From the NCBI RefSeq assembly GCF_000281045.1, contig NW_008246069.1:692437-735171 (forward strand): a DNA stretch of 42,735 nt. The letters are read 5' to 3'. Within the stretch, counting starts at the first letter, position 1; every line of letters starts with the position of its first letter. This document shows positions 1 to 9,576 of this stretch, piece after piece. Both the position numbers and the translations under genes were made by a program. The notes beneath the pieces were generated by a model. The model searched no databases and was not told the DNA's origin. It saw only the letters and a program-made list of their open reading frames with translations. This DNA comes from Saprolegnia diclina VS20. Taxonomy: Eukaryota.

Positions 1-195
1 TATCGAAATGCAGTGAAAGAATTCGAGGATGGACTCCACCTCTGTGAAATCCGCCAGTGCGCTAAATACGGTCCAGAGCTGCGCTGCGTTTCAGCGCATG
101 GAAATCGAATGTCGAAGAAATGACGGTTGAAGCGCCGTTGGCATTTGCACGAACCGCGATTCACAATTGCTTTGTCGCTCCAAGTTGCTCATAGC

Positions 196-1626
196 ATGCT
201 CCAAACCAAGTGGCTCCTTGGGCTTGCAGTGGCCGTCGCTGCGGGTTCGTCCGCCCTCTCGTGTGGCCCCTCCCAGTACCTCGACCCAATCTCGAGTGTT
301 TGCGTCAACTATGCCAACCAAGGCGCCAAGGCTGGTGCCGTCCTTGATGGAGCGCTGGACACGGGTAGCACTGCGTGGATGCTCATGTCATCCGCGCTTG
401 TCATGATCATGACGCCGGGCGTCGCCTTCTTCTACGCCGGCCTCGCGGGCGAAGACATGGCGTCCAACACGATGATGATGTCGTTCATGAGCATGGCGCT
501 CGTCTCGATCCAGTTTTGGCTCTTTGGCTACTCGGTGGCGTTTAGCTCGGACGGCCTCTTTAGCTGGGCGACGTACGCCAAGGTGGGGAAGCTCCCGAGC
601 GCCACGTACGCGACGACGTCCCCGCACATTGTCTTTGCTCTCTTCCAAACCCAGTTTGCGACGATTACGCCGGCGCTGCTCAGCGGCGGCATTGTCGGTC
701 GCATGAAGTTTAGCACCTACGTCCTCTTTCTCCTTCTATGGACGTCCATCGTCTACGACCCGCTGGCCAATTGGATGTGGTCCTTGAAACTCGACGACAA
801 CTGGGCGGCCAAGGCCATGGGCTGGGAAGGCAAGCTCGGCGCGCTCGACTTTGCTGGCGGCACCGTCATCCACGTTGCGAGTGGCTTTGGCGCCCTCGCG
901 TCCGCGCTCGTCGTCGGAAGTCGCACCAACGGCGGCGAGGTTAAGCCCCACAACGTCCCGCTCGTTATGATTGGCACGACCTTGCTCTGGTTTGGCTGGT
1001 TCGGCTTTAACGCCGGGTCCGAGGGCGCTGCCGACGGCGTCGCGGCCATCGCCGCCATCAACACGCACCTCGCCGCGTCAGCAGGCTTTTTGACTTGGGC
1101 GTTTGTCGATTACTTAAGCAGCGGCAAGGTTGATCCGTGTGGCGCCGCCAGTGGCGCAGTCGCGGGCCTCGTCTGCATCACCCCGGGCTGCGGCTATGTC
1201 TTTCCATGGGCCGCCGTGATCTTTGGGATCCTCGGCGCCACCACCGGGTTTGCGGCCGTGCGCATGAAGAACCGCCTCGGCTACGACGATACGCTCGACT
1301 CGTTTGCGATCCACGGGTGCGCGGGCTTCGTCGGTGGTCTCCTCACAGGTCTCTTTGCCACGCCTGATGTGAACCCGGCCATCGTCGGCGGCGCGTTCTA
1401 CGGCCACAGTATGCAGTTTGTGTACCAGCTCGTCGCCCAGTGCGTCACGGCGGGCTACTCGTTCGTCGTCACGACGCTTCTCCTCCTTGCGCTCAAGCAC
1501 ACGATCGGCCTCCGCGTCTCCAAGGAGAAGGAAATCCTCGGCATGGACGCCGTGTACCATGGCGGCCTCGCCTACGACCACACTCTCACGCGCTCTGGGT
1601 CGCGCCCCACAGGCGAGATGGAGTGA
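196..1626 (+). CDS. AMT: Ammonium transporter (Amt/MEP family), intronless, 476 aa
   Basis: Signature motifs FFYAGL, FQTQFATIT, DFAGGTVIH, LLWFGWFGFNAGS, GLVCITPGCG and DDTLDSFAIHG, plus many hydrophobic helices. First in-frame ATG is at 196; the ORF track starts at TTG 127. Confidence 0.95.
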   Translation: MLQTKWLLGLAVAVAAGSSALSCGPSQYLDPISSVCVNYANQGAKAGAVLDGALDTGSTAWMLMSSALVMIMTPGVAFFYAGLAGEDMASNTMMMSFMSMALVSIQFWLFGYSVAFSSDGLFSWATYAKVGKLPSATYATTSPHIVFALFQTQFATITPALLSGGIVGRMKFSTYVLFLLLWTSIVYDPLANWMWSLKLDDNWAAKAMGWEGKLGALDFAGGTVIHVASGFGALASALVVGSRTNGGEVKPHNVPLVMIGTTLLWFGWFGFNAGSEGAADGVAAIAAINTHLAASAGFLTWAFVDYLSSGKVDPCGAASGAVAGLVCITPGCGYVFPWAAVIFGILGATTGFAAVRMKNRLGYDDTLDSFAIHGCAGFVGGLLTGLFATPDVNPAIVGGAFYGHSMQFVYQLVAQCVTAGYSFVVTTLLLLALKHTIGLRVSKEKEILGMDAVYHGGLAYDHTLTRSGSRPTGEME

Positions 1627-1801
1627 GAACGACTAAGATAATTGCATTGATACTCTTTGCATGAGACGTGAGTTCTCCAATGGAAAGCGTCAGATGTACA
1701 AAAAGCATATGCGTTCAAGTTGATAATTGGGTTGAGTTACGTCGTCCTGATGTTATGGATAAGAGACGTGGTCAATATGACGATGAAGAAGGTGTGGCGT
1801 G

Positions 1802-2248
1802 CTACGGCGCAAGGGCAGCTTGTCGGTAGAGCGCAGAGAGGAGCCATGCAACGGCCAAGATCGTCAAGACCGCCAGTTTGATGAGCGCTGCCACCATGAT
1901 TTCTTGGTTGGATTCGATCTTGGGCGACAGATTCATGTACGTTGTTGCGGAAGGGCGCGATGCGATCGAGGCGAAGAGACCCATCGCCGACGACCGGCCC
2001 AGGCGCAGCAGGCGCTCGGATCGGGTGAGTTTGGGCTCGACCTTGACGACGACGTGCGCGTCCAATTTCTTCTTCATCAACCTTTCGTGAACGTCGTACA
2101 CGCGCTGGTTGTCATCGTCGTCGAGGCTATCGTTGTCGTCGTCCTCGGGCATGAGCAAGGGCTCGCGCAGGTGCTTCTCGTCCTCCGACTTGGCGGCGCC
2201 CCAGGTCATGCTGCGTATGATGGAGGGGAAGGACGCAATGTCGACCAT
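1802..2248 (-). CDS. Small hypothetical membrane protein (148 aa) with acidic tract and C-terminal TM helix
   Basis: ATG at 2248 (MVDIASF), coding-like codon usage, LREPLL followed by a D-rich tract, and a hydrophobic C-terminal segment LAVLTILAVAWLLSALY. Confidence 0.6.
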   Translation of the reverse strand: MVDIASFPSIIRSMTWGAAKSEDEKHLREPLLMPEDDDNDSLDDDDNQRVYDVHERLMKKKLDAHVVVKVEPKLTRSERLLRLGRSSAMGLFASIASRPSATTYMNLSPKIESNQEIMVAALIKLAVLTILAVAWLLSALYRQAALAP

Positions 2249-3199
2249 CTTGTTGCGTTTCTCGTCCGCGCGGTCTCTCGTCTCGAGTCGTGCGTCGTTG
2301 GTGGTCGGTATCTTGCCCGCCCGCTCCCTCCGCCGATCCAAAAGCCGTCGAAAGAAAACTTGGATCTGATTGCTCCGGAAATCGTTGCAGAACTATCCGG
2401 ATACGCGGCCCCTTGTTCGCCAGCGTTCCGCCAGAGCGACAGAGGCCATGGACGTCCAAGCTGCTGCGCCGGCCGTATGCTCCATCCTACTGCCAGCAAC
2501 GGTGTGCACGGCCACAGGCAGACGAATGGCCATCTTGCTTATATCGGACATGCAAGTGGCCTTGGTGCTTGGATACGTAGTAGATGCGACAAGGAGACAA
2601 AACCCGCGGTCACGCTCTTCACGCCTGCAGCTTGGCCTGGAAAGTCGCGTGGCAAGAATGCTCGTGATAGCACTGTCGCCGTCATCTACCGAAGAGACGC
2701 CGGCCTAGCGTCGACATGGCGATTCTATGTTGGCGCTGGCGGGTTCTTGTGCAGCTTGGCGCCTGCGATCCTGTCGCTTCGCTGCAGCTGCGCACCTTGG
2801 ATTGCGCTAGCTATGCCCAGGCATCATATCCAGGTCCGTCTTCTGCCATGACCTTCTCTGCAACGCAGCTACTTCCTCTCATGCTCGGCCCTCGGAAGCG
2901 AGCGAGCCAACATGTAGCGGCCGGGCAGGCCCTCGGCGGCCACCGGTTCTACATTGTTGAAGCGTGGCGTTGGTACAGTTTTCAAAAACGTCTCTATTTT
3001 TGCGCCGAACCGCTGACGCCGCCGTTTTCGCACCGCATGTGAGAAGGCGGCCACTGATTGAGACTAATTTGGGAAATTCTGAGCGGTTTTATGTATTCTG
3101 AGAGGTCTTTGGGGACCGTAACATCAAGTGTGGGAGGGGTGACCCATTCCCGGTGCCGCAGTTGACGTGGCCAGTCGCGACATCCGCTTCGCCTTCGCC

Positions 3200-4620
3200 A
3201 TGGACACGCTGCGCCACCTTGGCTTGCTGGAGCGCATGCGCCGGTCGCTGCGGCTCCAGCGCCGCAACTGGCTGCTCTTCGTAAGCGTGGGCGTGCTGCT
3301 CTGGCTGCACGGCGTCACGGTCGGCATGGTCTTCGAGGGCCAAAAAGGCCTCCTCAACCGGTTCCTCTGGACCTTTGTCATCTTCCTCCTCCCGCTCATC
3401 CTCGTCATGCACACCACGTCGCACACGTGGCGGCGCGTGGCGGCGAGCCTCCTCTTCTTTGAGCTGGGCACGTTCGTCATGTGCTGGAGCAACTCGCTCG
3501 CGTGGTACCGCAATCCCAAGAACCTCTTGCCGCTGCCGGATCTCGGCCACGACGTCTTTCCCGAGTGGAAGAACCTCGCAATCAACGAGCACGTGTACCA
3601 CGAAGAGGCCGAGAAGATCCCAGACATCATCATGGGCATCCTCACGATCACGACGACGATCTTTGCCGGCATGCACCCTGCGCGCTGGAAGATCGTGCAG
3701 CGCTTCTTCATCGTGTACGGCTCGCTGTGCATGATGCGGTCTGTCACGGTCATCTCGACGAGCCTGCCCGATAGCGCTGAAAAGTGCCGGGCCATGACGC
3801 CCCTCGGTAACCTCCAGGTACATTGGCCACGCTCATGTTGCCTTGAACTCAAGCAGCGGGTTAGAGTGGCGCGCACCGCTGGGAAGACATTACGATGCGC
3901 GCCGTCCTCGTCCGCAGCCTCAAGTTGCTCGTGCCCGTTGGCGAAGTAACGTGCGGCGACATGGTCTTTAGTGGGCATAGCATGCTCATGGTCCTCTGCG
4001 CCATGGTGCGTTCTCGATGTGATGGTTCGAGCCTCATGCTGCTGTTGGCGTAGACGTGGCACACGTACTACAAGTGGGTCCCGGGCTCGATCAACTACAT
4101 CAAGGTCACGATTTGGCTCATCACGGTAGGCTGCCGCTTAGAATCCTCGCTTGCATGTTCATATGCTTGTAGATTGCGGGCCTCATCTCGATCGTCTGGG
4201 TGCGCATGCACTACACGCTCGACGTTGTGCTTGCACTCTACTTTACAGTGACGGTGTGGAGGTGCGTCTCTAGCTCGCGCACTTGCAAACGTGCTTATGT
4301 GCGTACGTAGCTCGTACCACCGCATCGCCAACGACGTCAAGATTGGGCACCGCTTCTCGATGGTGTGGGTCTTTGACGCGCTCATCATTTACCCGGCGAT
4401 CGAGTGGCTCGAGCGCCCGGACAACGACGAGGGGACGACCGAGGTCGCACGTCAGGTCCCAGCTGTCCACACAGAGACCGAAAACGATGCAAAGGCGTCG
4501 AATCCGCAGGCCGTGGACGTCGACGCCAAGCGCTCGACGCGCGCGAAACCCATGACGCCGTCGCCCGTCCGGCGTGGCACGCGGTCGCGCGCCGTGACGC
4601 AGCGTTACACAGAGAGCTAG
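3200..4620 (+). CDS. Sphingomyelin synthase / inositol-phosphorylceramide synthase family (PAP2_C-like), 5 exons
   Basis: Spliced product carries PLPDLGHD, MRSVTVISTSLPD, CGDMVFSGHS (D3) and HYTLDVV (D4). Four short GT-AG introns, the first at 3818-3864, restore the frame. Confidence 0.9.
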
Positions 4621-4699
4621 AAGCAGCAGGGTCTTGTGACCGTAGAAGAGACGTCAACTTGTACATACAAACATTGAATCATGCCCTCGACACTAATAA

Positions 4700-5855
4700 T
4701 TAGCTGACAGGAAGCGGCACGACCACGTCCGGGGTGCACGGCAGCTCTAGTCGGTGGCACGGTTTTTCTTCGGTGGCAACGACGAGCTTTGGGTTGCGCC
4801 GGGCGTCGATCTCCTTGAGCAGTGGCAGCGACTGCAGCGACGCCGGGAGGATTCCGTCAAAGTCGTTTTCAAAGAGGTACGCAAACCGAAGCGAGTGGAG
4901 CTGCGCGAGGGACGCGGGGACGGTGCCTAGACGCACGTTACTAAAGCGTCGTGGGCGAGAGGGTAGTAAGACCACGAAAGGCGTTGCTCGAGACGTTGAG
5001 AAACGTGAGGGCGCGGCAGTCGCCCAGCGTCGGAGGCAGCGGTCCTGGCGCGTCATGAGCGACCGCAGCAGCTCGGACGTGTACCTTGGAGCAGGTTGTT
5101 GCGCACCGAGAAAAACTTCAACCTGGACAGGCGCCCAATGCGATCCGAGAGACCGCCTGTAAAGCAGTTGGCGCGCAAGTTCAGGCGCGTGAGGTGCACG
5201 AGGTCGAAGAGGGACTCGGGCAGCGGGCCGTCGAGCGAGTTGTGCTCGAGGCGCAGCGACTGCAGGCGCCGAAGACGCCCAATGCTGGCCGGTAGCGCAC
5301 CTTGCACAGCGTCAACATAGGTCGTTCATCGAACATCGATGGTTGCGTTCACCGGTCAAGGCGTTCTGTTGCAGATGCAGTCGTGTGAGGTTCGTGCAGC
5401 GAGCAATGCTGGGTGGTAAGGGGCCTAATGCAAGTTTGTATCCACGTCGCCATCACGCAGTAATCTCATGGACACTGGACCGTGCAGTCGATTGCCGCTT
5501 AAATCCAGAGAGGTCAGGCGCTTGGAAAAGGTCGGCGGAAGACTGCCTGGACACGAGTCATGTCAACAACCAATCGTTCGTTGGATGAAGCGACCGTCGA
5601 GGTTGTTGCGGGCGAGGTTCAGTGAGAGTAGGTACGGAAGCGCAGCCACGGACGGCGATAGGCAGCCTGCCACGTAAGATTACATGATTGCATCAAAGAG
5701 CAAAGTGACATACGTTGGCAGGTCGAGCTCCGCTTGGGCTGGTCGAGGCGAGTGATATGCCCAAAGGCAACTTGCAACGACGCGGTGTCGAGACAACACG
5801 CTGCGCATGCGTTCATTTCAGCTGGCGCCGCCACCCCGCTCACTTGCTGACCCAT
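4700..5855 (-). CDS. Leucine-rich repeat protein with about 9 plant-type 24-aa LRRs, 7 exons
   Basis: Spliced repeats of LxxLxLxxNxLxGxLPxx[IL]G type, e.g. LQSLRLEHNSLDGPLPESLFDL. Six GT-AG phase-1 introns, the first at 5667-5713. Starts MGQQVS at 5855. Confidence 0.85.
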
Positions 5856-6220
5856 TTTATACCAGCCAAGAGACGTAACCGCTAAGATATGCGCTGGCGG
5901 TCGGAATCTGGTTCGCAGTTGCGGCTACTATGTTTCTGGTCGAAGTTCGACCAAGATGCTCGCAGTTGCCCTTGCGAGAGCGTTGCAGCCACGTATCCTC
6001 GCAAGTATGTAGGAGGTTCGAGCGACGTCGCTCGGCGACTGTATGCGGCTGCTTGGCCGGTCGAATTTTGCATTCGCCCACTCTCTGACCACAGGGGGCG
6101 GACTTGAAGGCCGGTGTCGGTGCCAAAACCATTACAGCCGGGGCGCCCACGCCATCGCTTCAATCGACTCCGTACGTGACTCACAGGCCCCGCACTGAAC
6201 GCGTTCCCGGCGTGCGGCAC

Positions 6221-6290
6221 GTTATAACGCCGCGCTGGTGCTCGTGCCTGTATAAAAGGGCGACAAACACCACGCGCAGGGCGTTATAAC
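6221..6290. repeat. Imperfect inverted repeat / hairpin with TATAAAA in the loop
   Basis: GTTATAACGCC (6221-6231) is the exact reverse complement of GGCGTTATAAC (6280-6290). Pairing continues inward with GCGC/GCGC and TGGTG (6236-6240)/CACCA (6268-6272). TATAAAA is at 6251-6257. Confidence 0.75.
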
Positions 6291-6405
6291 AACGGCAATC
6301 ACGCGCCATGTGTTGGTAGCGTCGCCCATCTGGCTGCCATATAGAGTCCATGGGCACGATTTTACGTTGTGTTCGGCCATCTTCTACCAGTAGATTCCTG
6401 CCCGA

Positions 6406-6420
6406 GCTCATTTCCGATTC
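6406..6420 (+). promoter_or_regulatory. Oomycete INR-like core promoter element
   Basis: GCTCATTTCCGATTC matches the GCTCATTYY initiator consensus and ends about 30 nt upstream of ATG 6452. Confidence 0.5.
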
Positions 6421-6451
6421 GGCCTCGTCCCGCATACCCGACCAACCTACC

Positions 6452-6793
6452 ATGCTCGGCGGTTTCTACGCGCACACGATCAGCGAGGCCCAGCGCACGA
6501 CGCCCAAGGACCGACTGACGCAGCGCCACGGGCCCGAGGGCCGCCTTCGCACGGGCACGACCGACTCGAACGACTCGTCCATGCACACGCACGGGTCGGG
6601 CCCAGACGCCGCCATCTACTACGAGTACAAGCCGTCGTTTCGCTTCTGCCTCGACACGATGATCGTCGATCTCATCAAGAGCGTCGACGGTGGCGTCACC
6701 CAGCACGAGAAGCCGCGCCGTGTCCACCACGAAGCGGTCGACCACCAAAAGCCCGTGATGCGCATGACGTACTCGGGTGGCATCTTCACGTAA
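6452..6793 (+). CDS. Small uncharacterised protein, triad paralog A (113 aa)
   Basis: MLGGFYA...EYKPSFRF...GGIFT*. Shares motifs with 7925-8245 and 9138-9440, has strong C/G third-position bias, and is followed by AT-rich 3' UTR-like sequence. Confidence 0.8.
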   Translation: MLGGFYAHTISEAQRTTPKDRLTQRHGPEGRLRTGTTDSNDSSMHTHGSGPDAAIYYEYKPSFRFCLDTMIVDLIKSVDGGVTQHEKPRRVHHEAVDHQKPVMRMTYSGGIFT

Positions 6794-7924
6794 CCGCCCG
6801 TTGGACCTCCTATATTTATGTAAATTAAACATTTCTGCCCACACAATATCGCGTTGTCTTGCGGACCTCGATCTTACGTCGCCACGGAGATGACACGAGA
6901 AAACTATACGTCCAGGCAAAGCGTTTGGAGTCATCATGTGCGTCTTCGTGGACCGCACGATGTTCGTCACAGTATTTTGGTCAATCTTGCGCGCCTGGGC
7001 CAGACTGAGTAGAACGTACAGATGAGCACGACGCCCAGTAGCTCTCAGCCGCCTCAAGCCCGGGTCCCTCGCGCGTCTGCAACTCGGATGCTGGGAGTCT
7101 GTACTGGGTCTGTCGCGACGTTCTGGTATCGCTCTGGACTCTGCATGGTTCAACCGGTGTCGCACGCAAGACCACAAGCGCAAATCGCTCTGCGCAGTGC
7201 ACCTTTTCAATCAACTTGAGATCGGCGGTTGGTGGTGGCGTTGCCGCGGACATGCCATCGCGCACCCATGTGGGCGACTCGTATCCATCGCTGTTTACGC
7301 TCTGCAAGGGGCGGCAAGCGTCTTGGATCGTTGATGATGCTTCGACGTTGTCTTCCTCCGACAGCTGAACAGCGCTCTGGACAGCGTTCGACGAGCGGGA
7401 AAGTGCAGTCGCCAACGAAATGCAATTCTATTCACAACCGAGATGCAATCCACTGGTAGCATCATGCTTACTCCAGAACGACGTTGAATGCGGGAGCGAT
7501 GTCAACGCTGACAGACCGCCCGACCAGCACGACTGCCATGTCGACACGCGCGACAAGCAGCCGACTCTCTGTTTCCGACGTCGATCGACTCGGCGGTCAG
7601 CATTTTTTCTCGGCAGTAAGACGACTGGGAGGAAAGTAGAGGCGGCGTCGTCGTCAAGACGGGTGCAGCTCCAGAAGTGCGCGCAGTGTAGGACGCTGCG
7701 TACAGTGGAGTCGCCAAAGCTCCAATGCTGCCTTCGCAGGGTACCCACTTGGACGGATCACATGTAGAGAAACCTGCTGCAACACATGGCGTGGGACGAC
7801 GGCCAGCAGTTGCGTCCATATCTTAGTAGGGAATACCCCGCCATATGGTGAGAGAATATCCCGCCTGAGCACAACCAGCCCACTGCAGTTTTCCATTTCA
7901 CGTGACCTTCTCACAGCTTCCGCG

Positions 7925-8245
7925 ATGCTGCGAGGATTCTACGCCCAAGGCCTGAGCGACCGGCCGCACAAGCCTAAGGACGACCCAGAACTTATGCGCG
8001 CGACGCGAGCCGACTCGTTCGAGTCGTCTCTCGCGACGTACCCGAGCTCGGCCAACGTCCTCCTCCATGGCGACGCCGTCCACGAGTACAAGCCCGCCTT
8101 TCCCTTCCAAGTCGACGTGCTCGTATCAGCTCTGGCAGAAGGCGTCGACGTTGCGCCGGTGCACCCGCCACCAGGGTTGTCCCGAGGCAAGAGCGCAGTA
8201 CGGCTAACGATGACACCGTCGTTCAGTCCCGGTATCTTTGTCTAG
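7925..8245 (+). CDS. Small uncharacterised protein, triad paralog B (106 aa)
   Basis: MLRGFYAQGLSDRP...EYKPAFPF...PGIFV*. CCATTTCA lies about 30 nt upstream and T-rich sequence follows the stop. Confidence 0.8.
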   Translation: MLRGFYAQGLSDRPHKPKDDPELMRATRADSFESSLATYPSSANVLLHGDAVHEYKPAFPFQVDVLVSALAEGVDVAPVHPPPGLSRGKSAVRLTMTPSFSPGIFV

Positions 8246-9137
8246 TTGGTTTCTCTTTGTGTCGTTAGTCAAGTGAACTTGTGGGTGTTTTCATTGTGTG
8301 TCTGATCAAGCTGCCGAGAATCTTTCGACGCAGCAGCCCACGGAGGCGCCTCTGCGTCGAAAGTTGAGGGAAGCGCGGAGGCAATCGTCAAATCGGTGCC
8401 GTGAGTGCTGCAGTGTGATACGTCGGAGACAAGCGAAAGCACTTGTTCTCAGATCCGAACGATGTGAGCGGCGTCTTGCCCACATACCACCCTGCACAAG
8501 GTTTTGGTCGCCCGCGTTCACACTTGGCTACTACGATGCCACCTCGCCCGCTTGGCAGGATCGATTAGTTTACTCAAGTCGCGAGGACATCCATGGACCG
8601 AGAGCGGTCGGCCCCAGCCAACTGCCTCAACCAAAATTGGCCCTTGGGTGTGGGTAATCTGATCAGGCCGCAGCGCGTCCAGGTGCCCGTCATCATCCGA
8701 TGCATCATCCGTGGAAGAGGATGCGTCGTCCACGACGCTCATCGCGCGGCGCTGGATTTTGTGGCCATACGAATCCACACGAAGATTCCGAGGCACCGAA
8801 GACCAAGCGGATCATGGAGGCGGATAACCACGCGGAGCCTCACAAAAGCGTGACAGATTCGATTTGCTTGGTCCATGATCGATGGCCTTCTCCCTCGACT
8901 CAGGTTGGCGCGGAGTAGTATCCCACCATGGGTGGAGTAGCTTTGGGCACTTGGTGTGCTGCAAACATGCGCGTGGACCACTGCGTTGAGAGCTTGGGTT
9001 GCTACTGCCGCTTCAACCTTGTGCTTCGAACTTGCCATAGCAACCGGACAGAAAACAGCTGTTTTGGAGCACCTACTTTACGGTGATGGCTCGACACCTG
9101 CGCCCATTTTCCTTTTCTCCGCCTCGAACGCACCAAT

Positions 9138-9440
9138 ATGATCCGCGGCTTTTACGCCCAAGGCCTCGGCGACCGACCGAAGGACCACCATGCGAACAAG
9201 TCGTCGCGCGCCGCCAAGGGTCCGATGCCCGACTTTAGTCTCGCGCGGAATCGATCCTCAGTCACTGACTCGGTCAGCTCGTCCGTTGGCACGGCGGGGT
9301 CGAACGACGAGAACAACAAGGCGCTCGAGTACTCGCCATCGTACCGCTTTGACTTGACGGACATGCTGACAAGCGTCGCCAAGGGCGTCGGAACGGACGA
9401 TATGATCCGACTGCCATCCCGCATGGGCATCCTCGTCTGA
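9138..9440 (+). CDS. Small uncharacterised protein, triad paralog C (100 aa)
   Basis: MIRGFYAQGLGDRP...EYSPSYRF...MGILV*. CCATTTTCC lies about 30 nt upstream and T-rich sequence follows the stop. Confidence 0.8.
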   Translation: MIRGFYAQGLGDRPKDHHANKSSRAAKGPMPDFSLARNRSSVTDSVSSSVGTAGSNDENNKALEYSPSYRFDLTDMLTSVAKGVGTDDMIRLPSRMGILV

Positions 9441-9576
9441 GGATTCGGCTGTCGTCCACCTTGTTGTCGTCCTTTGTTGTCTGTAGTGTGTTTGTGATAA
9501 ATTACGAATTCAATTGCCTCGACGTTTATTATTGCGGTTTTGTTTACTTGTATGTCCCTTGTTATTTGTGCAGAGC

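Noticed and set aside
127..195. TTG-initiated extension of the Amt ORF
   Set aside because: Eukaryotic gene; ATG 196 begins a signal-peptide-like sequence.
1799..2851. 350-aa plus-strand ORF
   Set aside because: Non-ATG start, antisense to the 1802-2248 gene, then runs through promoter-like DNA with no protein-like features.
6362..7210. 282-aa minus-strand ORF over triad paralog A
   Set aside because: Antisense shadow with R/V-rich composition; the plus-strand frame is the one supported by paralogy.
7834..8937. Loosely similar TA[CT]CCC[GA]CCAT..GGTG motifs upstream of paralogs B (about 7834) and C (about 8919)
   Set aside because: Short, gapped, at different distances from the ATG and with no clear copy upstream of paralog A; not distinguishable from chance.
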